Virus record (IMG/VR): IMGVR_UViG_3300034777_000230
Span: 1-34,578 of that record
Reading direction: 5' to 3' (one strand)
Length of the DNA stretch: 34,578 nt
Source of the DNA: a virus
Taxonomy: Duplodnaviria > Caudoviricetes
The translations under genes and the position numbers were made by a program. Positions 9,783-19,495 of the stretch are shown here, one piece after another. Each line of letters opens with the position of its first letter. Position 1 is the stretch's first letter. Below the pieces are notes generated by a model. It did not search any database. It was given only the letters and a program-made list of their open reading frames with translations, and was not told where the DNA came from.

Positions 9783-10127
9783 ATGTCATTAGCGAAACGC
9801 ATTGCGGCCAAACGCGCAGAACAAGAGCGAGGCTTTCTAGATGTGGAAGAATGGGGCGAGGGGGATCAACCTCTTCGCCTTTACTTCACTACAGTCTCAG
9901 CGCGTGATATGGAGCAAATCCAGAGAAAGCACAAAGACTTCATCAACAATCCAACAATGTCTGCTATGATCGACTTGATCATTCGCAAATGTGAGAGTGA
10001 TGCTGGTGAAAAGGCTTTTACGTTAGAGGATAAGCCCATCTTGATGGGTGAGCCTATAAATCTCATTGCTAAGGTTTTCGGTGCAGTTCTGGAAAGCGTG
10101 ACTATAGAGGAACACGAAAAAAACTAA
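9783..10127 (+). CDS. tail assembly chaperone (gpG-like)
   Basis: Lies between tube and tape measure genes. Ends in slippery A AAA AAC TAA. Confidence 0.85.
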   Translation: MSLAKRIAAKRAEQERGFLDVEEWGEGDQPLRLYFTTVSARDMEQIQRKHKDFINNPTMSAMIDLIIRKCESDAGEKAFTLEDKPILMGEPINLIAKVFGAVLESVTIEEHEKN

Positions 10128-10276
10128 GAGGCGATCCTTTTAGATATAATCTGATTGCATTGGCTGAGTTGCTTGGCAAAACCATAGGTGAAATAGAGCA
10201 AATCAGTCTTTCAGAGTATAATGAATGGATCGCTTTCTTTAGGATCAAAGCGGAGCAAAAAGATAATGGCGGTTGA
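10118..10276 (+). other. -1 programmed frameshift site and gpT-like extension (gpGT product 9783-10276)
   Basis: Heptamer AAAAAAC at 10118-10124. The -1 frame reads LRGDPFRYNLIALAELLGKTIGEIEQISLSEYNEWIAFFRIKAEQKDNGG* (stop 10274-10276) and has no ATG of its own. Confidence 0.85.
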
Positions 10277-11756
10277 AAAGCTAACTTTTGAGATGAACGC
10301 CGTTGGCAATGCTGTTCCGGCGATGAAGAAGGTACAAGCGCAACTGGGATCGCTTGACCAGACCATGACGCGCACAACCCGTCATATGGCAAACCAAAAC
10401 AGAGCTATGAGATCAAGCGCTGGCGGTATGCAGCGTATGACTAGAAATATGGGTAGTCTTGGTTTGCAAGTGCAAGACGTTGCAGTTCAGGCAAGTATGG
10501 GAACAGACGCACTGCGCATCTTCTCGATGCAGGGTGGTCAAATACTTAGCATATTTGGCCCGCTAGGTATGATTGCGGGTGCTTTGACTGGCGTTGGCGC
10601 TGCGGTCTTGATGGCAAGTGGTGGGCTGGACAGGTTTCGCGGTGTTTTTTCTGATATAACTCCAGCATTAGATAACTTCACAAATACACTTGGCGTTTTA
10701 TTAATGCAGTTTCAGCCTCTAGTAAGCTTTGTCGGTGGTGTTCTTACTGGTGCTTTCAATATGCTTGGAGGCGTTATTGATTTTGTCTCTGATAATTTAG
10801 CTGCACTAACCACTGCGGCGGGAATATTCGTTGCAATACAATTAGGAAACATAGCATTTAAAGCTGCTAGAAGTTTCGTGAGCCTTGCAAAGGCTGTATC
10901 CGCTACGCAAATCTTGATGAGTGCATTAAATGCTGTCACAAGAAGAAATCCTATTATGTTAATTGCAATAGCTGCTGGAGTTGCCGCAGATCAACTTGGT
11001 CTTATCACTAAGGCAATGGATGAGCTAAAGGAAAAATTCCCTGAGTTTTTTGATGCTGTTAGTGATGCGGGAAGTGCTACAGCAGCTTTAATTACAGCAA
11101 GTTATGATGCACTTAATGCTGCATTGAGAACGCCAGCCACGCTAGATATAGGCGGGAATGCTGAGGATGAATTATCAAAAATAACATCAGCAACGCAAAA
11201 TGCAATGAGCGCGTTAGATCAGATGAAGTCCAGAGTGAAAAGCCTCACAGATACCATAGAAAACAGCATGGAAAGTGCTTTTATGTCTATTGTTGATGGC
11301 ACAATGACAGCAAAAGACGCTTTTCGCGCTATGGCGCGTGACATTATAAAAGAGCTTTATAGGATATTTGTGGTCAAGCAAATAACTGGATTTATCACAG
11401 GCGCAATCACAAGCGCATTTAATCCTGCTTCTGCGGCTGGAACAGGAGGTGGGGTTGCTCCTCCATTCGCGCCCAGAGCAATGGGTGGTCCTGTGTCTGG
11501 CGGCAGAGCCTACATGGTTGGCGAGCGTGGCCCAGAGCTTGTGGTTCCAAGCCGTAATGCTCAAGTCGTGCCAAACAATCAGCTTGGCGGCGGTGGCGGC
11601 GTAGTAGTCAACCAAACAATCAACGTCTCCACAGGCGTACAGCAAACCGTACGTGCTGAAATTAAGCAGTTAATGCCACAAATAGCAGACAGCGCTAAGG
11701 CTGCTGTAGTAGACGCCAAGCGGCGTGGTGGATCATATGGAAGGGCATTTGCATAA
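10266..11756 (+). CDS. tail tape measure protein
   Basis: Ala/Gly-rich helical protein with LQVQDVAVQ and C-terminal RAMGGPV...YMVGERGPELVVP. Start ATG 10266 follows GGAG. Confidence 0.9.
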   Translation: MAVEKLTFEMNAVGNAVPAMKKVQAQLGSLDQTMTRTTRHMANQNRAMRSSAGGMQRMTRNMGSLGLQVQDVAVQASMGTDALRIFSMQGGQILSIFGPLGMIAGALTGVGAAVLMASGGLDRFRGVFSDITPALDNFTNTLGVLLMQFQPLVSFVGGVLTGAFNMLGGVIDFVSDNLAALTTAAGIFVAIQLGNIAFKAARSFVSLAKAVSATQILMSALNAVTRRNPIMLIAIAAGVAADQLGLITKAMDELKEKFPEFFDAVSDAGSATAALITASYDALNAALRTPATLDIGGNAEDELSKITSATQNAMSALDQMKSRVKSLTDTIENSMESAFMSIVDGTMTAKDAFRAMARDIIKELYRIFVVKQITGFITGAITSAFNPASAAGTGGGVAPPFAPRAMGGPVSGGRAYMVGERGPELVVPSRNAQVVPNNQLGGGGGVVVNQTINVSTGVQQTVRAEIKQLMPQIADSAKAAVVDAKRRGGSYGRAFA

Positions 11757-12382
11757 TGGCTATTAGTTATCCTTTAGCTCTGCCTACGCATACGGGCATA
11801 GCTCAGATTGAACTAAGGGCGACTAACGCAGTTGCCTATAGTCGATCACCATTTACATTCTCAGGTCAGGCTCATGCTTATGCTGGTAAGGCTTGGCAGG
11901 CTGATGTTACGTTGCCATCCATGAAGCGCGAAGATGCGGAGAGATGGGTGGCTTGGCTCATTTCGCTGAAGGGTCAGTTAGGCACTTTTTATCTGGGCGA
12001 TCCAGCGGCTACTACCCCACTAGGCTCAGCGCGTGACGCGGATACGATCTTAGTCAATGGCGCTCTATCATCTGGTGATACGATTGCCATAGATAGTGCT
12101 CCAGCAAATCAGACTGACTATTTGAAAGCTGGCGATTATATGCAAATTGGTACTGGCACAAGCAGGCAGTTGTTCAAAGTTCTTACAGATGTAGATACAA
12201 ATGGATCTGGTCAAGCCACAGTAGATGTTTGGCCGAATGTCAGAACCACCATAACAAATAACGCTTCTGTTACTGTGCAAAGCACACAAGGCATTTTCAG
12301 GCTTATTACAAATGAGCAAGCGTTCAGCATCAACGAGGCAAGCGTTTACGGCGTTACATTCGGAGCGATTGAGGCAGTATGA
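11756..12382 (+). CDS. distal tail / minor tail protein
   Basis: Directly follows the tape measure gene; SPFTFSGQ...W motif. Confidence 0.7.
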   Translation: MAISYPLALPTHTGIAQIELRATNAVAYSRSPFTFSGQAHAYAGKAWQADVTLPSMKREDAERWVAWLISLKGQLGTFYLGDPAATTPLGSARDADTILVNGALSSGDTIAIDSAPANQTDYLKAGDYMQIGTGTSRQLFKVLTDVDTNGSGQATVDVWPNVRTTITNNASVTVQSTQGIFRLITNEQAFSINEASVYGVTFGAIEAV

Positions 12383-12930
12383 GCAGAACAATCCCATCCG
12401 CGCTGCTGACAGCGCTTAGTCAGCCAGAGGTTCAACCCTACTATGCCGTTGAGCTTGATTTTGATACTGCGCCAGTTCGTCTTTGGACAGGTTACGGAGA
12501 TCGTGACATAGGTGTAAACACATATATTGGTGCAGGTAATTTGCTTACAATCGGTGGGCTTGAAGAGGTCAATGATCTATCAGCTAAAAATATAACGCTT
12601 ACGTTGTCAGGGGTGCCTTCTAGCTTAGTTTCAATTGCGTTGAACGAGCCTTACCAAAGGCGTGAGGCAAAAGTTTATTTCGGCACTATAGACACTACAA
12701 CCCCGATAGAAGTCTTTAGCGGCATTATGAACACTATGACCATAGAAGATAGCGCTGAAACAAGCGTTATTTCTATTTCGGTTGAAAGTAAATTGGTGCG
12801 CTTAGAGAGATCAAGCAATCGCAGATACACCCACGAAAACCACGTTTCACGTCATGCCGGTGATACATTTTTTTCATTCGTTGCGGATCTGCAAGACAAG
12901 GATGTCATATGGGGCAGAGAGAAAGCCTAA
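12379..12930 (+). CDS. minor tail (hub, gpL-position) protein
   Basis: Synteny; VRLWTGYG...YIGAG...RRYT...GDTFFSFV pattern. Confidence 0.7.
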   Translation: MSRTIPSALLTALSQPEVQPYYAVELDFDTAPVRLWTGYGDRDIGVNTYIGAGNLLTIGGLEEVNDLSAKNITLTLSGVPSSLVSIALNEPYQRREAKVYFGTIDTTTPIEVFSGIMNTMTIEDSAETSVISISVESKLVRLERSSNRRYTHENHVSRHAGDTFFSFVADLQDKDVIWGREKA

Positions 12931-13322
12931 ATACTTACTTGAAATCGGTGAAAGATAAGAAATTTCAATGGGGAGCGCATGATTGTCTTACGTTCACTAA
13001 TGACGCCTTTCATGCTATGTATGGCGAGGGTTGGGCTGATGATTGGCTAGGGCGCTATATGACCGGATCTAAGTTGCTGCGCAGTAAAGAGCTAAAGAAA
13101 GAGTTTGGGTTTAGTAAATTTTCTGACGCTGTAGATTGGAAGCTCAGTCGAATAGATCATGTGCCGCCCCTTGGCGCACTGATTACGACAAAAGAAGCGC
13201 AGAGATGGATAATTGGCGTTGCAATGGGCATCTGCACAGGAAGCAAGGCAGTTTTCTTATCTAAGGAAGGTGTGCTATATTTGCCGTTAGATGTCATTCA
13301 TCAAGCATGGGTTAAGGTATGA
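12909..13322 (+). CDS. NlpC/P60-like tail assembly protein (gpK position)
   Basis: FQWGAHDCLTF motif; position before the tail tip gene. Confidence 0.7.
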   Translation: MGQRESLNTYLKSVKDKKFQWGAHDCLTFTNDAFHAMYGEGWADDWLGRYMTGSKLLRSKELKKEFGFSKFSDAVDWKLSRIDHVPPLGALITTKEAQRWIIGVAMGICTGSKAVFLSKEGVLYLPLDVIHQAWVKV

Positions 13323-16300
13323 AGAATAATATTCCCTACAACGTACTTAGAAACCCTAATGCTTGGGAAAATGCGCCAAGAGGGCCAGTTGCCGCTGCTG
13401 TTGGTGGGGCGTTAGGCCTATCTACTACAAGCTTATTTGGCAGTGCTGCAATCACTTTTGGCGGCATAACGCTTAGTACAGCTTCAGTTATAGGATACTT
13501 TGTTACAACGGCAATTACCTCTTGGGCAGTGTCTGCGCTATCTTCTAAGCCAGATATAGGCTCGATAAGTTCGTCTGGAATTATGGTGAACGCAAGAGAG
13601 GCGGCAGCGCCGCAAGATTTCGTTTATGGCAAAGTGCGAAAAGGTGGCATTGTAACGTTTTATGAGTCCACTGGCGACGAAAACATATATCTGCACCAAG
13701 TAATTTGTTTGGCTGGACATGAAGTTAATTTAGTTGGAGATATATATATTAACGATCAGATTGCTACATTTTCCGGCAATTTTGTTACGACTGCTGGATC
13801 TGGCGATGATGAAGTAAATTGGGACAGCAAGATCCGCATTAAGAAATATGACGGCTCACAGACCACAGCAGATAGTGACTTAGTTTCAGAGACAAGTGTA
13901 GATGCAAATTTCAAGGGTCTTGGCATATCATATTTATATGTCAGATATGAATATGACCAGGATGTTTTTGCTAATGGCATCCCTTTAATTACAGCGATTG
14001 TCGAAGGTAAAAAAGTTTACGATCCACTGACTGGCTCAACAAACTACAGCAACAATGCCGCTAGATGTATTAGAGATTTTTTGACTTCTGCTTACGGATT
14101 AAGTGATAGCGCAATTGATGATATTTCATTCGCGTCTGCGACTAACGAATGTAACGAAGATGTCACTCTTAATGGCGGCGGCACGGAAAAAAGATATGAG
14201 CTAAATGGGATTATTAGGGCAGATCGATCTGTTGGCGATGTTTTGGGTGATATGGTTACGGCTTGCGCTGGCACCTTGTTCTGGGGTTCTGGATATTGGA
14301 AGCTTAAAGCTGGCGCTTATTCCAATCCAGTTAAAGAGCTAACGCTTGATGATTTGCGCGGGCCTATTAACTTAGAGACGCGCATTAACATGCGTGACAA
14401 CTTCAACACTGTTCGTGGCACGTTTAACGATGCTGAACAGTCTTGGATCACGGCTGATTATCCACAGATATCTAGCACAGCATTTAAAGCGGAAGATGAT
14501 AACGAAGAAGCTTTGCTAGACTTGCCTTTGCCATTCACGACGAGCGCAGCAACTGCTCAACGTCTAGCTAAATTGACTTTATTTAGAGGCAGAGAGCAGA
14601 TGACTTTGAGCGCAGACTTTGGGCTTGAAGCTATGCAGATTGAGGTTGGCGATATAATCAGCTTTACCAATGAGCGCTATGGCTTTGATGAAAAGCAGTT
14701 CGAGGTCGTTGGCTGGAGATTTTCATCAAACCAAGATGCTGGAGACTTGCGCATAAACTTAACATTGCGCGAAACATCAGCCGCGGCGTTTGATTGGAAC
14801 TCTGATGAAACTTCAATCATTAGCAATAACTCAACACTGCCAGTTTTTACTTCTGTTGCGACTCCAACAAACTTAACTCTCACATCTTCTGCAATATTAA
14901 ATGAAGATGGATCAACAGTTCCCGCGATTGAGGTTGAATGGGATGAGTCGCCAAATGCTTTTGTGCAATATTACGAAATACAATATAAGCGCTTAGGAAC
15001 TGGCGGCGATCCAGAATTCACATCAGTATTTGGTTCATCAAATTTCTTTGTTATTTCTCCGGTGATTGTTGGCGAAAACTATCAAGTCAAAGTAAGAGCC
15101 GTTTCTGCCTTGGGTGTTAGGTCAATATTCGCAAGTGCAACGCTTAATTCGCAGGGCGATACTACAGCGCCAAATGCACCCACAAGTTTAGCTGCTAATG
15201 GTGCATCTAAGTTTATAGAGATCACTTGGGTCAACCCAGCAGATAGAGATTTAAGGCACGTTGAGGTTTGGGAAAACTCTAGCAATGATTTAGGAACTGC
15301 TACATTTATTGGGAGTTCGTCTAGCAGTGGTTTCATAAGAGGTAACTTAACTAACGGTATCCAAAGATATTATTGGGTTAGAGCCGTCGACTTTAGCGAC
15401 AATAAATCTTCGTTTGTAGGAAGTGTAAATGCTACCACTTTATTCGTTCAGCCGGGAGATTTTTCATCTGCTGTAGATGATTTATTTACTGAAGCAGAAA
15501 GGTTCAACGTTAAGCCTGTGCAGTCTTTGCCTACGTCCGGTGATGCGGATGGGCAGCTTGTTTTGTTGTTGCCAGACATTACACTTTATAGGTGGGATGC
15601 TACAGCTTCAGCTTGGGAAACAGAGGTGTACGCTGATACTGCAGATAATTCAATTACTGCTGGCAAGATAGCTACTAATGCGGTCGTAGCTGACAAAATA
15701 GCGGCAGGGAGTATTATCACATCTAAACTTGCCACTGGTGCCGTAACGGCCAATGAGATTGCTGCGAACACTATTAGCGCAAATGAGATAGCTTCTAACT
15801 ATGTTTACGCTGGCACACTTACAGCCGCTCAAGTCAATGCTGTCAATATTAATGCTGATGAAATGTCTACTGGTACTATTACCTCTACAACCTCTAACCC
15901 TACTGGTTCACAAAGTGGCTTTAAGGTAGACACTCAAGGTAGATTTGTAGCTGGTGATGCTGATGCTTTTATTAAGTTTAACGGTTCAGGTATCACGTTT
16001 AAAGGTGCAGTCGCTTTAAGCTCGCCCGGAATTTTACCAGTCGTATTTGAAGACAATTACGAAGTTTTCCCAACAGGTAGTGGATCAACAACTCTAAACG
16101 TCAATGCTACAAATGAAGTTGAAACCTATGCTGGTAACGGTGTTATCGGAACTGGCTTCACTGTTTTCGCTGGGGATCATTTAATTTGGACTGTAACTGT
16201 AGGGTCAAGGGTCGATCAATCTTGGACGGCTGCGGTCAAGTTTAACGGCGGAACTATAGGTACTGCATCTTATACTGGCACTGGTGGTACTTTTTCACCT

Positions 16301-16435
16301 TACAAGATTGCTACAGTATCAGGGTCAAACAACATAACCTCAAACTACACAAACCCAACAATCAATGTATCTGGGGCAATTGCTTCAGGGTCAGGGCGGT
16401 TTTTACAATTTAGAGTAAGAGTGTTCAGGGATTAA
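13319..16435 (+). CDS. tail tip / host specificity protein (gpJ-like) with FN3 domains
   Basis: VYGKVRKGG, VEGKKVYDP, FN3-like YQVKVRAVS and YYWVRAVD, and I(T/V)AxKI beta-helix repeats. Confidence 0.9.
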   Translation: MKNNIPYNVLRNPNAWENAPRGPVAAAVGGALGLSTTSLFGSAAITFGGITLSTASVIGYFVTTAITSWAVSALSSKPDIGSISSSGIMVNAREAAAPQDFVYGKVRKGGIVTFYESTGDENIYLHQVICLAGHEVNLVGDIYINDQIATFSGNFVTTAGSGDDEVNWDSKIRIKKYDGSQTTADSDLVSETSVDANFKGLGISYLYVRYEYDQDVFANGIPLITAIVEGKKVYDPLTGSTNYSNNAARCIRDFLTSAYGLSDSAIDDISFASATNECNEDVTLNGGGTEKRYELNGIIRADRSVGDVLGDMVTACAGTLFWGSGYWKLKAGAYSNPVKELTLDDLRGPINLETRINMRDNFNTVRGTFNDAEQSWITADYPQISSTAFKAEDDNEEALLDLPLPFTTSAATAQRLAKLTLFRGREQMTLSADFGLEAMQIEVGDIISFTNERYGFDEKQFEVVGWRFSSNQDAGDLRINLTLRETSAAAFDWNSDETSIISNNSTLPVFTSVATPTNLTLTSSAILNEDGSTVPAIEVEWDESPNAFVQYYEIQYKRLGTGGDPEFTSVFGSSNFFVISPVIVGENYQVKVRAVSALGVRSIFASATLNSQGDTTAPNAPTSLAANGASKFIEITWVNPADRDLRHVEVWENSSNDLGTATFIGSSSSSGFIRGNLTNGIQRYYWVRAVDFSDNKSSFVGSVNATTLFVQPGDFSSAVDDLFTEAERFNVKPVQSLPTSGDADGQLVLLLPDITLYRWDATASAWETEVYADTADNSITAGKIATNAVVADKIAAGSIITSKLATGAVTANEIAANTISANEIASNYVYAGTLTAAQVNAVNINADEMSTGTITSTTSNPTGSQSGFKVDTQGRFVAGDADAFIKFNGSGITFKGAVALSSPGILPVVFEDNYEVFPTGSGSTTLNVNATNEVETYAGNGVIGTGFTVFAGDHLIWTVTVGSRVDQSWTAAVKFNGGTIGTASYTGTGGTFSPYKIATVSGSNNITSNYTNPTINVSGAIASGSGRFLQFRVRVFRD

Positions 16436-16471
16436 GATTGAGCTAATCCATTGTGTATTTTGCTATGCTCT

Positions 16472-16499
16472 TTGCAATTCAGCCAATATGCGGTATAGT
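16472..16499 (+). promoter_or_regulatory. candidate sigma70 promoter for the accessory fibre cluster
   Basis: TTGCAA-16 nt-TATAGT in a ~100 nt intergenic gap of the otherwise tightly packed late operon. GGAG precedes ATG 16535. Confidence 0.45.
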
Positions 16500-16534
16500 T
16501 CGGGTGCATATGCTTAATCTCGGAGAATTTAATA

Positions 16535-16972
16535 ATGGCAAGCTTTAACAAGGTAAACGACTTTGTGGCAAACGCTGTGCATAATATGGATTTGGAAAGT
16601 GACCAGATCGCAATAGCTTTGTCCAACACAGCGCCAAGCTCAGAGTCGTCAGACCCAAGCGCTGATGGAAACGGCATTTTAGGAAATGTCACAGAAATAT
16701 CTTACACGAATGCGTCATCACGCAGCGTTACAACATCATCATCTGGTCAAGCCTCTGGTGTTTATAAGTTGGTATTAGCTGACGTTACCGTTACTGCTTC
16801 TGGCGGCAATGTTGGCCCCTTCCGTTACATCTACATTTACAATGATACAGTAACATCACCAGCAGATCCGCTTATAGGTTATTATGATTACGGTTCATCA
16901 CTTACGCTGAACGATGGTGACAGCTTCACTACTGATTTCTCAGCGGCAAATGGTGTTCTGCAACTTACATAA
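16535..16972 (+). CDS. putative virion structural protein
   Basis: Beta-rich 145 aa (GPFRYIYIYNDT...PLIGYYDYGSSLTL); good SD. Confidence 0.65.
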   Translation: MASFNKVNDFVANAVHNMDLESDQIAIALSNTAPSSESSDPSADGNGILGNVTEISYTNASSRSVTTSSSGQASGVYKLVLADVTVTASGGNVGPFRYIYIYNDTVTSPADPLIGYYDYGSSLTLNDGDSFTTDFSAANGVLQLT

Positions 16973-16983
16973 GGGGCTGAGCA

Positions 16984-18804
16984 ATGGCCGTTCTTAAAAA
17001 TCGGGCAAAGATGTCCACAAGTACCACAGGAACTGGAACCATTACGCTTGGCAGCGCCGAAAGCGGCTATCAGACTTTTGCCGATGCTGGTGTAGCTAAT
17101 GCAGATGTAGTCCGTTACGTTATTGAGGACGGCAGCAACTTTGAGATAGGCACAGGCACCTATACAAGCTCTGGCACAACTCTTACACGCACGGTAAGCG
17201 AAAGTAGCAACTCAGACGCAGCTATTAATCTTAGCGGTTCAGCTACAGTGTTTATCGGGGCTACGGCTGCGGATATTGAGTTAAGCGGAAACATGGCTGG
17301 CGATATTTCGTCAAATGGCCATGAGATTAAGTTTGCCGACAGTGGTGCAGCAGATCAAGATAGACTTACTTTTGGGGCATCTGATGATCTCCAAATATAT
17401 CATGACGGCTCAAACTCTTACATCGTCGAGGGTGGCACTGGGGATTTAAGGCTGCAAGCCGCAAACTTGGCAATACAAAATACTTTTGGCCAGTACATGA
17501 TCGAAGCCAACAATGGCGGCGGCGTAAATCTTTATCACAATACTACGCTGAAGGCGCAAACTGAAAGCGCCGGTTTTGCAGTACGCGGTCAACTTGTTGT
17601 CAGAGACAGCGGCGGTGGGGTGGAGTATAGGCTTCCAGCCGCCGACGGCACTAACGGACAGGTGCTTACCACAGATGGCTCAGGCGCTGTGACCTTCGCA
17701 GATGCTGGCGGCGGCGGTGGTGCTGATCTCTACGCTGCTAACGAAAGTAGCCCTGCCGCACAGCCTTCCGCCACGGGGGCAAATGCAATAGCCATTGGTG
17801 ATAGTGCTGTTGCTAGTGATGAAGACGCATTTGCTGGCCCTCTATCAAGAGCTTCAGGAACATATTCTGTTGCTCTGGGGATTGCTAATAATAGTAGCTC
17901 TTATGGCGCTGGTGGAAGCTACGCCGTAAGTCTAGGCTATCAATCAAGAGCTATGGCACTTCAGTCTGTCGCACTTGGAGCAGGTGCCTACGTCGATAGT
18001 GATAGTAGTCGAGGGTTTGCGTTAGGTGAAAACAGCTTCGTTCAACAATGCGATTACGGTTTGGCTCTTGGCGCGGCTGCGCGAGTTCATGGCGGCAATA
18101 GCGCAACTGAAGCAACAGCTTTTGGAAGTTCATATGCTTCGGGAACGAGTTCAATTGCAGCGGCCATAGCAAACAACACGTCCAGCTACGGTGCTAGCGG
18201 TAATTACAGTCTGTCGATTGGTCAGACATCCAAAACGACCAATTCAAATGCAATAGCTTTGGGGTCGTCTAACACATCTTCGGGTGTGCGTTCTGTAACA
18301 CTAGGCGGCGAGGTAAATACTGCGAGCGCAGAAAGCAGTTATGCATTTGGGGTGCGCTCCGTTGCAGACAAAATTGGACAGTATGCATTTGGCTGCTGGA
18401 TAGGTCAGCAAGGCGGGATGATGGTCTTAAAGGCCGATACAACCGACGCAACGCCAAAGGCTATGGCGTCAAACAATAATGCGGCTGGGTCTAATAATCA
18501 AATCATCCTACCCAACAACAGCGCCTACGCCTTCCACGGCACTATTGTAGCTCGCCAAAAAGCAGGCGACGGCACAGCAAGCGCAGCTTGGAGGGTCGAA
18601 GGACTGATCCGCAGAGAGGGTTCGGCAGGGGCAACAGTCCTAGTCAACTCAGCCACCACTGTCCTTGATAACACACCCAACTGGGGCATGGCACTATCTG
18701 CTGACACGACCAATGGCGGGCTGGCGATCACAGTAAATGGCGCTGCCTCTACAAACGTTAAGTTCGTCGCAAACATCACGACATCAGAACTTACATATGC
18801 CTAA
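16984..18804 (+). CDS. tail fibre/adhesin with YadA-like head repeats
   Basis: LPAADGTNGQVLTTDGSG fibre motif, poly-Gly linker, and repeated AIAIG/SVALG/AVSLG motifs. Confidence 0.8.
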   Translation: MAVLKNRAKMSTSTTGTGTITLGSAESGYQTFADAGVANADVVRYVIEDGSNFEIGTGTYTSSGTTLTRTVSESSNSDAAINLSGSATVFIGATAADIELSGNMAGDISSNGHEIKFADSGAADQDRLTFGASDDLQIYHDGSNSYIVEGGTGDLRLQAANLAIQNTFGQYMIEANNGGGVNLYHNTTLKAQTESAGFAVRGQLVVRDSGGGVEYRLPAADGTNGQVLTTDGSGAVTFADAGGGGGADLYAANESSPAAQPSATGANAIAIGDSAVASDEDAFAGPLSRASGTYSVALGIANNSSSYGAGGSYAVSLGYQSRAMALQSVALGAGAYVDSDSSRGFALGENSFVQQCDYGLALGAAARVHGGNSATEATAFGSSYASGTSSIAAAIANNTSSYGASGNYSLSIGQTSKTTNSNAIALGSSNTSSGVRSVTLGGEVNTASAESSYAFGVRSVADKIGQYAFGCWIGQQGGMMVLKADTTDATPKAMASNNNAAGSNNQIILPNNSAYAFHGTIVARQKAGDGTASAAWRVEGLIRREGSAGATVLVNSATTVLDNTPNWGMALSADTTNGGLAITVNGAASTNVKFVANITTSELTYA

Positions 18805-18816
18805 AGGAGATACCAA

Positions 18817-19122
18817 TTGGCTATTCAACACAACATCTCTGAGGCGAACTCCGATTACGGCATTTCGTTCTCAGGCGCATACTACCGCATTGTGACAGCG
18901 GCAATCAGCCGTCAGCGTGGAACTGATCCAAAGTTTTCCGTAATGATTGACTTGAGTGCTTATGCTACAGCAACGCCTGATGATGATACTCGTGAGGTAG
19001 ATTTCAAACGCTACAACGCAAATCTGACAGATGTAGAAGCTAAGTCTGGCTCTACGTTTATGGATAAATGTTATGCTTGGGTTATGGATCAAAATGACAT
19101 GGACGGTTCTACTGCAGTATAA
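18817..19122 (+). CDS. hypothetical protein, possible fibre chaperone
   Basis: TTG start with AAGGAG; directly follows the fibre gene. Confidence 0.65.
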   Translation: MAIQHNISEANSDYGISFSGAYYRIVTAAISRQRGTDPKFSVMIDLSAYATATPDDDTREVDFKRYNANLTDVEAKSGSTFMDKCYAWVMDQNDMDGSTAV

Positions 19123-19132
19123 GGAATAAACT

Positions 19133-19495
19133 ATGGGCGTTGTAATTGACTACACATCTGGCTTCTTTGAGGCTGCACCTACGGGTGAAACTGTTGGCAG
19201 TATTACTGGCAATGCAACGCTGGATCTAACATCTGGTAATGTGTTTAGTCATGCGCCTAGTGCGAACGCCACCTTTGTATTTAGCAATCCACCTGCAAGT
19301 GGCACTGGGTATGACTTCACGCTTAAAGTCACGCCATCTGCCACGGTGACAATCACATGGCCCTCCTCAGTTAAATGGGCTGGCGGCACAGCACCTACAG
19401 CACCCGCTAATAATGAGACTGACGTATATTCTTTCTTCACCACAGATGGCGGTACTAGCTACTACGGCTTTCAAGCAGGAGATGCATTAGCATGA
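19133..19495 (+). CDS. fibre-associated beta-sandwich domain protein
   Basis: TLDLTSGNVF...ITWPSSVKWAGGTAPT...TDVYSFFTTDGG, typical of phage fibre terminal domains. Confidence 0.7.
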   Translation: MGVVIDYTSGFFEAAPTGETVGSITGNATLDLTSGNVFSHAPSANATFVFSNPPASGTGYDFTLKVTPSATVTITWPSSVKWAGGTAPTAPANNETDVYSFFTTDGGTSYYGFQAGDALA

